DNA of 64,000 nt from assembly GCF_963676685.1 (NCBI RefSeq), contig NC_092347.1, positions 14,942,001 through 15,006,000 of the forward strand. Direction: 5' to 3'. The notes under the pieces are model-generated. The model ran no database searches. It had not been told where the DNA came from and saw nothing but the letters and a program-made list of their open reading frames with translations. The position numbers were made by a program, and so were the translations under genes. Of this stretch, positions 1 to 14,285 are shown piece after piece; position 1 is the stretch's first letter, and each line of letters starts with the position of its first letter. This DNA is from Mytilus edulis. Its lineage: Eukaryota.

Positions 1-377
1 ATCACAATGTATCATTACATCAGCATAATTGTATAAATTATTGGGTGTTCTTCATACAGATATTCTAGCAGCAGCTGGTCACATTGTAGAGGGTTTTCCC
101 TAGCCACAAATAGTTTTTATTTTTTGTCGACCGACTAATATTTTACGATGAATTGAATGCTGATTTGATCTGTATCTTATTGATTTGGATGAGTTTTTTC
201 TTATCATGTATATTTATTTCAAAAACCTTGTGATAAAATCGTGTCAGAACATTATTCCATCGTTGCTTACACAATTGTCAAATTGTTTGCCACTTCCAAA
301 AAAAAACAAAAAAAACCCAGCAACACGGGATTTTCTGAAGCATTGCACAGATACGCATATATATAAAAAAAAAAAAA

Positions 378-1430
378 GAAGATGTGGTTTGATTGCCAAT
401 GAGACAACTATCCACAAAAGACCAAAATGACACAGACATTAACAACTATAGGTCACCGTACGGCCCTCAACAATGAGCAAAGCTCATACCGCATAGTCAG
501 CTATAAAAGGCCCCGATAAGACAATGTAAAACAATTCAAACGAGAAAACTAACGGCCTTATTTATGTAAAAAAAAATGAACGATAAACAAATATGTAACA
601 CATAAACAAACGACAACCACTGAATATACAGGTTCCTGACTTGGGACAGGCACTTACATAAATAATGTGGCGGTGTTAAACATGTTAGCGGGATCCCAAC
701 CCTCCCCCTAACCTGGGACAGTGGTATAACAGTACAACATAAGAACGAACTATAAAAATCAGTTGAAAAAGGCTTTACTCATCAGATGGACAAACATATA
801 AGTGGACGTGGCCGGGTACTTATACATCCCGACAAAAAAAGACACAATGAACAGATCTGAGAGTACTCGCAGTTATCTGACAGCTAGTTCAAAGCCACTA
901 ACAACTAATAAAAAAATCATGCATCTAAGACTAAACTATCAATCCGTACACATCCAACATCCAAAGAATTTAGTGTAAAGACATCATAAACAGCCAGAGA
1001 AAAACATGATCTTGTGCAATGCCAAGTTACAGGTATCGTCAGATTGTAGATCCATGAATATGTATATATATAACATACTAGTAAAATTTAGTTAGCTTTT
1101 AATCTACTGATAACAAAATCAATATTTATTCCAATAAACAATATTCAATGATCTTATTACAGTGTTGAATAGGTAACCTTTTAGAATAAGTTTTTTTGAA
1201 GGAGCGACAAGTTTACATGGATCATTTCTAAATTTCCGGGCACGGTTAACAAAATTTTGTAAAAATGAGGATGTGCTATCCCGTTTGAAATAAGTTTTCT
1301 ACAGGTACATCCAAACTTCAAAACCAACTCTTTATATCTATGAAAAAATTTGATAAAGGTTTTCAGTAATTTATGGTAACGATATCCTTGGTTTAATAAT
1401 TTACCAGTAATACATAGGTTGCGTTGTAGG
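378..1430 (-). mobile_element. Penelope-like retroelement 3' fragment (RT C-terminal relic plus abundant downstream repeat)
   Basis: ORF 1181-1438 (RNLCITGKLLNQGYRYHKLLKTFIKFFHRY) resembles the PLE RT thumb. The adjoining repeat (aagatgtgg...caatgagacaact...) recurs at about 7495, 13885, 27530-27750 and 47100-47320. Confidence 0.6.
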
Positions 1431-2027
1431 GAATACAAATGTAAAGTCTAGCTGACTTACGATGCTAACTGTTGCTTTTGATTTGATGTATTTACTTAAT
1501 TATTCGGTTAGTATTTATATATAAGTACGTCTAAACAAGTGACAACCCAAGGCCAGATCCATCCACTAGATCACCAGTAAAGATGATACACGACTGAAAA
1601 CACATTATATTCATAATTACTCTAAATATGAGCACAACAATGTTACACTATCTGTAAATTTGCGGAGGCAATTTTTTGTTCTTTTCTCACCGGAATTCGA
1701 ACTGATACTATTGAGATATCGACAAGCACTGAATGCTGAATTTGTAGTTCAGTTAAGCTTGAAACAGTATATCAATATATGTTCCTGAGTCAAGATGGCT
1801 GAGTTGTCTATAGCGCTGTACTCTGTACAGGCTTTGTGTCTCGACATTTCAATAGCATGAGCTTGAATAACAACGATGGAAGAACATAAATTTTCTTCCG
1901 CAAATTTGCAGATTTAAAATTGTAGTGCTGATATTTAGAGTAAATAAAATTGAGAATGGAAATGGGGAATGCGTCAAAGAGACAACAACCCGACCATAGA
2001 ACAGACAACAGCAGATATATATATATA

Positions 2028-4554
2028 CTAGAACACACCCGTGATATCGCTGGTCCGTGACTGAATTAAAGTATATAACTATGCGTAAGCCTTATTTTAG
2101 TATTGGTATTTTCATCTGATAAAGTCATGCCGATTATAAGATGCACAGTTTTCTCTGCTTTCAAAATCTTTCTGTTTGAACCCGTCGACCTGGAACTTAT
2201 CAATTGTTGGTATTTATTAATTATTTGGAAAACAAAAGGGCCTGAAATGGAGTATTTTTTTTAATTAACAGCATTGTCCTATAATAGTTATAAATAAAGT
2301 TGAATTCTTTGATTCGCTGTTTTACGTCATGCCCGCTAACAAATTGAAACCTGTACCTATACGCCTTATTTTAAGTCCAGATTTTTAGTATTCGTATTGT
2401 CATCTTAGAAAGTCGTACTGATTGAAATACTACAATAGGGAGCAATGTGACAATGATTGAATTTAGTAGTTTCAACCCTGTGATTATGACCCGTGTATAT
2501 AGCTTTTGTATATATACTTTTGGGAGAAAATTCGAAACCTTAGTCTGAGAAATTCTAAGTCTATACCAGTTGAAATTGTCGATGAAATGGAAAATATTGT
2601 AAAAGATAAACAGTTGGTGTTTGATAAATGGCGAATAGACTTTGAAAATTTATACAACGGAAGCAACAGTGACGAGTTTGATGATGAACATTACGATATG
2701 TAAAGTCTCATAAGTACCAATTAGAATCTAATATGGAGGACCTACTATTTGTTCCGAATGAATATTTGAACCGCAACATTACTTTAGATGAAGTTAACAG
2801 TATCGTTATGAACGCCAAATCAAAGTCTGCGAGTGGTTTCGATGAAATTCTATACAGTGTTCTGATATTCCCTGTTGTGATTGAGACACTGTTACAGCTG
2901 TTTCAGCTCATTTTGGACACTAGCCTTATACCATCAATTTGGAGGAAAACTGTCATTTGTCCTATACTAAAGGATACTTCTTCAGATACACGGCTGCCTA
3001 TGAACTACAGATGTGTTAGTCTACTATCGTGTATAAGCAAACTGTAAAGTGCTTTCATTAACAAGCGAATTACGCATTATTTAGAAAATCAGGATATACT
3101 CGCAGATGAACAGAACGGCTTCAGAAAAAATCGATCTTGTGAGGATCACATTTACACGCTGTACAGTATTGTCCGTAACAATAAGTCTCTCTTTATTGCG
3201 TTTATTAATCTAAGAAAATGTTTTGACTTCATAGACAGAGATATGATGCTGTATAAACTACCCATACACAACATTGATGGCAAACTGTACAACTCTGTGA
3301 AAAAGCATCTATCAGAATTCTGAATCTTGTGTCCGATTAAACAATATTTATCAATGATCAAGTAAAGGAATTGAACGATCTAAACGTAGGAATAGATTTA
3401 GATAATAGAAAATAGTCAGTTTTATTGTATGCGGACGACATAGCTATATTAGCGAAATCGGAATTGGACCTTCAATGTATTTTAGATAAACTTCACCAAT
3501 GGTGTAAGCGATGGCGAGTATTGATTAACACTGAAAAGTCGAAATGTATTCATTTTAGGAAAGGGAAATCTAAACAATTTCACCGTGGGCAGGAATCAGT
3601 TGGAATTTGTTAACGAGTACAAATACTTAGGTATAACAATTAGCTACAACGGCAGTTTTTTGTCAAATGTGGATCTTCTTGCAAAAAGTGCATGGCGGAC
3701 GAGCACTTGGGAATATAATTGCTAAAATCCATAATATTAAAGACTTTGGATATGAATCATATGAAAAAGTATTCAACTCATTTATTGTTCCTATACTTGA
3801 TTACTCGTCTGGTGTATGGGGATACCGAAAATATCAGTCAATAGACAATATTCAGAACAGGGCTATTCGTTACTATTTAGGAGTACACATATTTGCACCT
3901 ATCCTTGCTATACACGGAGATATTGGCTGAATCCCGAGTCAGTATCGGCGTTGGATCAATATGGTGAGATACTGGAATAGACTCATTCGATTTGACAACA
4001 ACCGCATAAGAAAATTATCAAAGTGAAATATATAGTTCGTGCATTTCATGTAAGACGTCAGTTGATGTATAACACTTAAATTTTTGGCACATTTAAAGCT
4101 TAAATTTCTGTTTACAAATATTTGTATGTCTATATATTTTTTTAATTTACTTACCTCAATAAAAGATTAGAACGTGATATAATTGTTATTTTATTTGAGG
4201 TGACTTATAGGTCCATTGGGCCGGGTGTATTAATATTTATTATATATTATATGTTTATAATCTATAAATAATTTACACATGTCACTATAATAAATAATTT
4301 ACTTACTTACTTACTTTATAGCAAAACCCTAAATACACCGTTTGGTGTCAGATGCGGAACGTACAGATAAGGTAATAGGTAACAGGTGACTATACTATTG
4401 GTATCGGTATCGGATTCGACCCGGAACTTGTTAATTATTGGCAATATTATTTATCTGGAAAACGAAACGGTATGGAGTGGGTTAATTAATTCTTTCATTT
4501 GTCGATTTTTCCCCATGACGGCTGACAAATTGGACCACGTTATTTTAGTATAGA
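2028..4554 (-). mobile_element. Non-autonomous Helitron, interrupted by a LINE
   Basis: On the minus strand it has 5'-TC (4554) and CTAG-3' (2028), a subterminal hairpin at about 2037-2054, and an A|T insertion site. It is colinear with the intact copy at 20192-20934. Confidence 0.82.
2521..4313 (+). mobile_element. 5'-truncated, decayed non-LTR retrotransposon (CR1/L2-like LINE)
   Basis: Frameshifted RT pieces (WRKTVICPILK...NYRCVSLLS, EQNGFRKNRSCEDHI, MYADDIAILA, KYLG, PILDYSSGVWG), then AATAAA and a (TACT)n tail at about 4300-4317. Confidence 0.9.
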
Positions 4555-4723
4555 TATATATCTGTATCTGTTACAATGTTATGTATAAATTCCAATATGT
4601 CAAAGAGACACCAACCCGACCAAAGAGGAGACGTTTCTATTTCTTCACAATTATAACAAAAATGTTGAAAAAAATTGAAAACTTAATGCTGAAACAAATC
4701 ATGGAAATAAAATTAAGGAAACA

Positions 4724-6310
4724 TGAACTCTTTCAGAAGGACACGTAGGCATTACAATCATTTATGAACCCTGTCAGAAAGACACATAAACATTACAATC
4801 AATGATAAACTCTTTCAGAAGGACACGTAGGCATTACAATCATTTATGAACCCTGTCAGAAAGACACATAAACATTACAATCATTGATGAACTCGTTCAG
4901 AAGGACACGTAGGCATTACAATCATTTATGAACCCTGTCAGAAAGACACATAAACATTACAATCATTGATGAACTCTTTCAGAAGGACACGTAGGCATTA
5001 CAATCATTTATGAACCCTGTCAGAAAGACACATAAACATTACAATCATTGATGAACTCTTTCAGAAGGACACGTAGGCATTACAATCATTTATGAACCCT
5101 GTCAGAAAGACACATAAACATTACAATCATTGATGAACTCTTTCAGAAGGACACGTAGGCATTACAATCATTTATGAACCCTGTCAGAAAGACACATACA
5201 CATTACAATCAATAAACTCTTTCAGAAGGACAAGTAGATATTGCAATCCTTGACGAACCCTGCTAGAAAGACACATAAACATTACAATCATTGATGAACT
5301 CTTTCAGAAGGACACGTAGGCATTACAATCATTGATGAACTCTTTCAGAAGGACACGTAGGGATTACAATCATTTATGAACCCTGTCAGAAAGACACATA
5401 CACATTACAATCAATAAACTCTTTCAGAAGGACAAGTAGATATTGCAATCCTTGACGAACCCTGCCAGAAAGACACATAAACATTACAATCATTGATGAA
5501 CTCTTTCAGAAGGACACGTAGGCATTACAATCATTGATGAACTCTTTCAGAAGGACACGTAGGGATTACAATCATTTATGAACCCTGTCAGAAAGACACA
5601 TACACATTACAATCAATAAACTCTTTCAGAAGGACAAGTAGATATTGCAATCCTTGACGAACCCTGCCAGAAAGACACATAAACATTACAATCATTGATG
5701 AACTCTTTCAGAAGGACACGTAGGGATTACAATCATTTATGAACCCTGTCAGAAAGACACATACACATTACAATCAATAAACTCTTTCAGAAGGACAAGT
5801 AGATATTGCAATCCTTGACGAACCCTGCCAGAAAGACACATAAACATTACAATCATTGATGAACTCTTTCAGAAGGACACGTAGGCATTACAATCATTGA
5901 TGAACTCTTTCAGAAGGACACGTAGGGATTACAATCATTTATGAACCCTGTCAGAAAGACACATACACATTACAATCAATAAACTCTTTCAGAAGGACAC
6001 GTAGATATTGCAATCCTTGACGAACCCTGCCAGAAAGACACATAAACATTACAATCATTGATGAACTCTTTCAGAGGGACACTTAGACATCATAATCAGT
6101 TATGAACCCTGCCAGAAAGACACATAAACATTACAGTCATTTATATTTCAGAAGGACACGTAGGCATTACAACCAATTATGAACCCTGTCAGAAATACAA
6201 ATACACAACAATCCTTGGCGGACCCTATCAGAAGGACATGTTTGCGTTCTTATCATTGGTAACCCTGTAAGAAGTAAATATGGCCATTACAATCATTATT
6301 GAACCCTTAA
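4724..6310. repeat. 41-bp minisatellite with 82-bp dimer and 202-bp higher-order repeats
   Basis: Alternating monomers tgaactctttcagaaggacacgtaggcattacaatcattta / tgaaccctgtcagaaagacacataaacattacaatcattga. A marker variant (aataaactc...gatattgcaatccttgacg) occurs at 5211, 5413, 5615, 5776 and 5978. Confidence 0.95.
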
Positions 6311-9192
6311 AGCAGGAAATATGGGCAGCGTTCTAGTTTCACCTCATGTTTTTCTCAGACATTTTTTTACAATTATTCCCACTGTGAACTAATTAAAATC
6401 TTACTATACATATAAGCATATTGAATCCACGAAGAAAATGTCATTCATTACAGAAAGGATGAATGATTTAGACATGTGGCGACTTATAGTTCGATTAGAT
6501 TTAGAGAATAGTAGCATTCTTTATAACTCTTTATAACTATATATAGAGGAAATACAGGACTTCGAGTAGGAAAATCTTTATATCCATCGTTACAATAAGT
6601 TACTTCAAATAATATTATGCATTTAATTTGTTATTAGTATCCTTAATAAAATGTTTGCAATTCTTCTTAAGTCCATTTGATAAATCGATTTATTGTACTC
6701 TTAACAATATCGAGATGATACAAAAGTTGACGCATTAACGTGATTAGATAAAGTTTGAACTGGAATTGACCGTCAACCAAGTGGGAGGTTTATCATTAAG
6801 TATAATCTGGTCCAACCCACAGCAGGATAGTCTTAGGACCAAGAGGTCAGGGATGTGACAATTTTACACTTAAAACAACATAATCATCTTTCAAATTTTT
6901 GCCAGATTTTGCCATATTTTTTTTATTTTTATACGTATTAGAAGTTATTTGATGTGTTATTGTTCTACCTTCTATACTCGAACATGTGATACAAAGAAAA
7001 TTCTTAATTGCAATAAGGCAGAGATAATTATACATGTGATAGAGTTTTTACATAATTAGTTGTTTTACCCAGTATTTCAGGCTTAAATTACTACTACTAT
7101 AAAACTTTACATCAACGAAATTATACAAATGTACAGCAATATTGTGCTCCAAAAACAACCATTTTGAAAGTAAGAACTACATTTATGTAACTTGTTAGTT
7201 GTATAATTCAATACTGCAATATCATACAAAGTGTTGGCTAAACATAAAGCAATAATACAGTAACTGCTTTAATTTCATATTTGTATTTGCTCAATATCTA
7301 CAGTTTATCCGCTTCGCCAGTCTTGTGAATCACAAATATGATTGGTTTTGTTATGATTTGATAACTTATTTTTATCAATTGCATATATTATTATTTAGAA
7401 TGAATATTTTGTTTATATATATACATAACTACTCTTAATATCAGGACATATATATGTTGCAGATCTTATTTTTAACCAGATTCTAAAAAAAAAAGAAGAT
7501 GTGGTGTGATTGCTAATGAGACAACTATCCACAAGAGACCAAATGACACAGAAATAAACAACTATTGTATGTTAATGCACTGCCTTTCACAATGAACAAA
7601 GCCCATACTGCATAGCCAGCTATAAAATGCCCCGCAATGACATAAGTTTAATGATGAGTACTATTGATTGTAAATGCAGAGTTTCCAATACGTCTGATGT
7701 TAAAATGAGGTGAATAAAAATCTATTTATCATTAATTATTAACAACAATATAAACAAAAGAATTTCTCATTTGACCAAAAAGGTCACATCATCGAAATTT
7801 TCTATCCAGGTAAACTCAAGTTTTTCCATCCAAATAGACAAGACAATAACAATCAAAACCAAGGAGTAAACAAAGACTAAAAAAAACAAAGGACATTTAC
7901 ATCAACAGTTATAAATAATGAATAAGAAACAACACGAACTCAACTAAAAACCGAGAGCTCCGGAATGTTAAGCATTTCCTGTACCGTATACGGCACCCGT
8001 CGCGTTATTTCTTTGCACAGTTCGGTAATGATGAAAGGTTTTGTCATAATGGCCAATCAGCTCATGATGGCGACCGTAAAATTTCTTCAGTGATGACCTT
8101 AATTTGATAGATTCATAGTCCTGTCTTAGCAACTTTTGAGAAAGCAGTATTCCTCGTTCAACAAAATCAACGTACTTTGATCACTGAATCTATTATTATT
8201 AAGAGACAGTACATCAATTAAAGTATCGACTAAGCTCTCCATCGGGATATTTATACTTAACCATTAAAGCTCCATCAGGGAATTTATATTATAAAAAAAT
8301 GTGTTGAAAAATTGGTTTCTCTTCACTTCCGTAAAACGTATTTCAAAATATAAAAAAAGCTGCAATGTAATATGTTGATAGCTCTATATAGCACTTTTGG
8401 ACGAATATTGATTTGAATGAAATTAATAGTTTGTGTCAAACTGTATACCTGACTAATGTGTTAAATTTATTATATGAGTGTGTTTTCATTTATTTATTAT
8501 TTTTTTGTGATTTTTCCTCCTTGCTGGTTGTAAATATTTTGACTCGAGAAAAAAGCAAAAAAAAAACAAACTATACCTTCTAGGTTTATTTTGGTTAAGA
8601 ATTTCAGTTGTGATGTCTTCCAAAATTCTACTTTTTTTAATCATTGAATTGTTTAAACTTATTATAACCACACAATCAACTATTAAAAGAAAATATAATA
8701 CAACTAACCAACAACAAACTGAAAAAAAGCAAATACTTCTCGAAGTCACCATGAAGTTAACAGTAGAAGTGAACGAACTCAAATATTTCATCTATCCATA
8801 TGGTCGTTTCAGGTCCTAAACAGCAAATTAATGCTTTTAGTCATAAGGTCAAACATTAAAATCTGTCTACCGTTTTATAACAAAAGACTTTTATTATGGA
8901 TTGAAAAATACAGACCGGAAGACAAACACCCAAGCACTTTCTCAAAATACCACTATCGGTCATAAAACCTACAATCCATGATGAACTTAACTTGTCTTTT
9001 TATTAGTTGTTATTGCCTTGGATCAAGCTTTCCGTAAATACGAGGACACTCAGATCTGTACTGTGTGTTTCTTTACGTTTCTGTTAGTTGTTTCCGTACT
9101 TTGTATTTATTTATAGTAAATTTTATACATATGTATGAGTCTTTTCAATTGATCTTTATAGGTTAATATTATGTTCTACTGTTACATTGTAT

Positions 9193-9598
9193 TGTATTGT
9201 CGAAATGCGCATCTGGTGCAGGAACAATGGTACCGTTAATGTTATTACTACCACTGGGTCGATGCCTCTGCTTGTGGACTGTTAGTCCCCGAGGGTATCA
9301 CCAGCCCAGTAGCCAGTACTTCGGTACTGGCATGAAAATACGGATTTCTTTTTGTGTTATTAAAATTTGCTGTTACAAAATGTTAGAAATTATTAGAAAT
9401 TAAGGAATATATCTCCCTCATGCAAAGCTCTGATTCATTTAACGGATTTGGCTATATTTTTTGGACCTTTTGGATTATAGCTCTTCATCTTTTATATAAG
9501 TTTTGGATTTCAAATATTTTGGCCACAAGCATCACTGAAAAGACGTGTATTGTCGAAATGCGCATCTGGTGCAGGAAAATTGGTATCGTTAATGTTAT
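9193..9598 (+). mobile_element. Retrozyme family 1 repeat (about one monomer, one partial and one mutated hammerhead)
   Basis: Reverse complement of the 23500-24150 repeat. The hammerhead at 9529-9572 has core CTGAAAA instead of CTGAAGA; a 3' half-motif lies at 9193-9219. Confidence 0.8.
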
Positions 9599-9849
9599 AA
9601 CACCACTTATCCCAGGTAATGGGAGGCTATGGCGTCTGCAAACATGTTTCGCTCTGCCATATTCTGTATGTGAATGTCTCAAGTCAGGCGCCTGCTGTCA
9701 TTTGTTACTGTATTTTATACTGTTTTGTACATAAATCTTGCCGTGAGTTTTTCTCGTTTGAATTGTTGTACACGTGTCATTTCGGGGTCCTTTTTAGCTT
9801 GTTATACGGTATTGGCTTTGCTTTTGAAGGCTAACGAGGGTCAGTTAAA

Positions 9850-10425
9850 AAAAAATTACGACAAAAGACACAATTGCAGCTTTCTAATAGTGAAATAGCA
9901 ATATTCAATCAGCACCTGCATGCGGCGTATCTCCCAATTGATACAATATTCAAGGGATTGTATTTCCCATCATGATTTCCTTGATAGACTGTTAATGCTC
10001 ACAAGGAAGCTTTTAAACAAGAAATACAAGTGGTGAAGTCATCCCTTCGCAATTTTTACGCACGCCATCATGAGTTGATTGACCCATGATGGAATATCCG
10101 TTTCACAGATGATAACGGATATGTTCCAAATGCCGTAACTACAATCCAATACCCCTTTACCGAGTTAGACTAATTAACGAGTGTATAATAACATGAGCAA
10201 CACGGTGGGTGCCACATGTGTAGCAGGATCTGCTTATCCTTCTGGAGCACCTGAGATCATCTCCAGTTTTTTGGATGGGTTCGTGTTGATCGGCCTTTGG
10301 TTTTCCGTTTTGTGTTCTATTGCTCGTCTATTGGTCTTTTTTCTTCTTTTTTTTAGCGCTAGCAATGGCGTGGCTGTTTATTTTCCACATGAAGGTCCAT
10401 CTGGTATCTTCCGCCACTCTTACTT
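9850..10425 (+). mobile_element. Decayed Penelope-like RT fragment and 3' region
   Basis: Translates in pieces to YDKR..., ISQLIQYSRDCISHHDFLDRLLMLTRKLLN, homologous to the relics at 26850-27140 and 1181-1430. Confidence 0.6.
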
Positions 10426-12450
10426 ACGAAATATAAATTTCTTGACATGTAAAAAGGATTCTGTTTTGTGATGGTACTTAGATTGACTCAAGTGAACTCA
10501 TTAATCGTAGAAAGCTTTGCTGGAGACCTAGTTTGGTTCCTGCAATTATAATTTAAGTTATTTCAACTGTATGTGAGAGGGCTTTTTATTTAAAAATGGC
10601 ATGACTCAATGAAGGACAAAAGGACGTTATGATTTTCAAAGTTGAATTTTACGTTTACTAGTATGCCATCGGAGTAAAAATTTAACATTAACATTGCAAC
10701 CTCGAAGTATATATTAATTTAAAATAAATGTTGTGGAGTTATTGAAAGGAATTTCAGTTAAAAAAAAAAAGGTTCGATTGTGTAAATTTTGATTTTCCTT
10801 TACTCCAGCTGGACGGGAGTTATTTTGTTCTCTCAGGGAATCAACAGAAACTGTATTAGACTCTGTGAGAACTTTTTCAGCAAATGTTCTAATTGTATGT
10901 TTTTGAATAACGGAGAAAGAATGGAGCAATAGCATATACAAGTAAATCGAAATGGTTTCCAATTTAATTAAAACTTTTAAAATAAAACGTTCAAATATAA
11001 CTCAATATTGCTCTCCGAAATTGTCTATTTAAATGAATACAAAACCAGGTGGTTAATTACATCACAGCAATAAGTTTGAAATTAAATACTGAAATCCATT
11101 AGAAAACTTTGAAATGCTAAAATTAACAATGGCGATGTTAAACGTAATGTACTTTTGATTAAGTGTATTACAGTACGTACTAGAATTGGACTTTTTCCTT
11201 CGTTGTTCTTTGCAATAAAAATTAAATGCAAAATATAGATTCCCACATATCCCAGGAACAAAATGGATCTTAGATAAAAAATAAAAAGCTCAGCTGTTTA
11301 ATCCGATATAATAAACGCGATGGATGTAAGTAGTGTCGATAAACATGATGAGATAAAAAGTGCAGGTTCGGTCATTTGTACAGGACGTGGAGATAGAGCT
11401 GGTAGATTTCTTTATGAATTCAACAGAGATGAACCTCGCTGTCTTTTCTGCATGTAGGAACAACAACATGGAACGGCTAACCCGTCAAAATAGAAATTTA
11501 TATCTTTATATATAATGACTGATAAAACATTCCTTACATTTTTTATAAATACAAATTCAAAATACAACCCCCATAATGAAATTTTCCACTCAGAGAGTAG
11601 TTTTTATAGGCTACTATGACAATGAAAATGAAACTGAGGTTGATTTACAGAGATATTTTTTTCTGATACAAGTACGTGCTAGGATGATGAATATATGACA
11701 GGAAATTCAACCTCACCGTAATAACTATTATATGGTAGTGATACAAATCAGTATACCTTGGACTATTATACTAATATCATAATAGTCCTAGAGAATACAC
11801 TGGTTTGTTGTTATACATTATATTAATATAACGGTTGTATGTATATATAATTTTCATCTATTTATATCATATCATTCTATTCTACTATTATTATAGTGCA
11901 GTACAAGTGCATGGTGGACATTCTTCTGTAAAAAAATCAAAGTCTTAAAGGCGGTTAAAGCAATTGCTGCCATGTTAATGTTTTGGAGACTTTTATTTTT
12001 ATCCACATATATGAGAATTAAATCTGACAGGACTGGAGTGATGTCTAGTGAGAAGTAAGAAGGTTTTAAATTTAACTTTATATCAATAAAAGACTTTAGC
12101 AGGAACTCATTTTTAATATCTTTCAGTGTATATAAAGTGCGAATCCAGCTAGTTCATTTTTACTGTTATATGCGGGTATGTCTATTGTAGAATAAAGGAT
12201 CATGGGAAAACTGTATTTGTTTATGTTTTGAAAATATCAAGTTAAGTGATTTGAAGATAAGTTTTAACATATTTTCATTGTGATATGTCTTTATAATATA
12301 CAAACATAGCATTAAAGTTCAAATAAGTGTTATAAAAGCATCATAATATAGCATATCGATTATTGAAAGCGATCCATTTTAGCTATAGATGCGATGAATT
12401 ATCACTGTTAGTGCAGTCATTATTAATGTAGAATTTTCAAAGATGCGAGG

Positions 12451-13033
12451 AAGGAGTAAGTTCGGTAAGGGTCATATTTAGCCCTAATTATAAAGTTCAA
12501 TGCTTTTTGACAAAAAATGTTTTTAGTTGACTTAAAGACATGTGAGAAAGTTTTATCTAACGGTTTCTGTCATAGTCTTATTCTTCAGCGGTGATTTTTA
12601 CATCTCAGTTAGGTCAAAATAAGGGATTTTGCCGAAATTTGACAAAATCAGCAGGATTTCAGCCAAATTTAAGATCAGGAAACATGGAGCGCAGCCGTCG
12701 ACAACCTTAATAATCAAGTTAAACATGTAAAATGTCATAACAAACATTATTATCAAAGATCTTTTTTGTCGACATATGCGCTCTATGTTTCCTGTCCAAA
12801 TATTCAATGGAAATTTACCCATTTTCATTGTTTTTTTTTCATAGAAAATCAAAATGAGTACTATTTGTGACGTCATGAACAGAACGCAGGAATGTAAATT
12901 TGCAAAAAAAGACTTATTTTCTATCTTGTCACTGTATAAGCTTTTATTCATTGTGATAGTGGTCAATAAATCCCGATTTAAAATTTAGGCTAAAAAAGGG
13001 GGCCATTTTAGAGCCTTATCGAACCTACTCCTT
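12451..13033. mobile_element. MITE-like element with about 23-bp terminal inverted repeats
   Basis: aaggagtaagttcggtaagggtc ... gagccttatcgaacctactcctt are imperfect reverse complements; no clear TSD. Confidence 0.65.
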
Positions 13034-14285
13034 TTATTGTAGAATTATGTGATAAATGCACTTGCAACAAACGAAAAAACTTAGTTGATGACTTTAGGAT
13101 TTATGATACATGTATTTTCAAATTGAAATACAAACTCCTCATTCATTCTTCATCAAATATATAGCTTTTCAAACTTGTAACAAAAGCGATTTTCAAAATG
13201 AAAAATTCTAGATCCGCGAATGGATACTACCGCAGAGGTAAAACCATACACATTTGGGTTATTGTACACGAAATGATTGCTACAATTCATTTTTGTTGAT
13301 TTTAGACCCTTTGGAACTCTATGTGGGCTGTTTCAGCAACTAGACAAAAAATCCCCAAACTAGATACACGGTTAGATTCAGCATGTGAACGAATCCCAAA
13401 TATCTATATTAAAGGACTTTTGTCTTTAAATTTGGACCACTCAAAATTGAAAAAGGGACCAAAAATATAAAAAAAAATACATTCATCGGATACATTTGTT
13501 ATTGAAGGCATGACTGTAACAATAGGATTGATATACACAAATATCTTATTCTGGGGGTCTCATTGGGGGGGGGGGGGGGGGGAGGGGGTTCTGATCTCGG
13601 ATCCCGCTTACTGTTTTGGCAGATTCCCGTATTCCGCTTATTGTTTTGGCAGATTCCTGTGTCCCGCTAGACTTCATTTCTCGTTTTTCACGACACAATC
13701 ATTTGACTTTCACCTGTCACGCTTGCAAAAAATCGGCAATCCGGCGTCACGCTTATACCCAAATGCGACCCACTATTTTACTCTATTCTGAATCATATTA
13801 AGCCCATTATACATATATTAAAAAAGTAGTGTGGATTTTTTTATACCTGTTTATCCCGTCTCGTTTCGTTTTTGAGCCATATATAGATGTCGTATGTGAC
13901 AATGAGACAACTCTCCATCCGAGTCACAATTCATAAAAGTAGACCATTATACGTAAACATACGGTCTTCAACATGGAGTCTTGGCTCACACCGAACAGCA
14001 AGTTATAAATGGCTCCAGTGTAAAACCTTTTAAACGGGAAAACAAAGATTCAATCTTTATCAAGATGTACGTAATTAGTGGTGAAGTGTCATGGAAATGG
14101 ATAAAAAAAATAAGGATAAAGATCCCTATACGCTTTATAAGAAACTAAATGGAATACATTTGAAATAAATGTTATTTCTATTGAATTTATTAGAGTGTTT
14201 TAAAACCAAACTTTCCTCCGTAAGTTAAATTTTATCAAATCTTTCTCTTACTTTATCTATTGTTTGAGCAAGTCGGCTAAATTAA

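Noticed and set aside
1789-1830. tRNA-Leu/Ser-like 5' half (gtcaagatggctgagttgtctatagcgctg)
   Set aside because: No T-arm/B box or acceptor-stem partner is visible; at most a decayed tRNA or SINE fragment.
4724-6310. CRISPR-like appearance of the 41-bp and 47-bp arrays
   Set aside because: There are no unique spacers and no cas genes, and the context is eukaryotic; these are tandem repeats.
10809-10932. Possible small Cys-containing exon after a pyrimidine tract and AG (WTGVILFSQGINRNCIRLCENFFSKCSNCMF...)
   Set aside because: No partner exons, signal peptide or known cysteine pattern could be established; insufficient support without RNA data.
13563-13790. G-run and GC-richer ORFs at 13510-13801
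   Set aside because: They derive from a repeat fragment with a short internal duplication (ccgctta..gttttggcagattcc); no protein signal.
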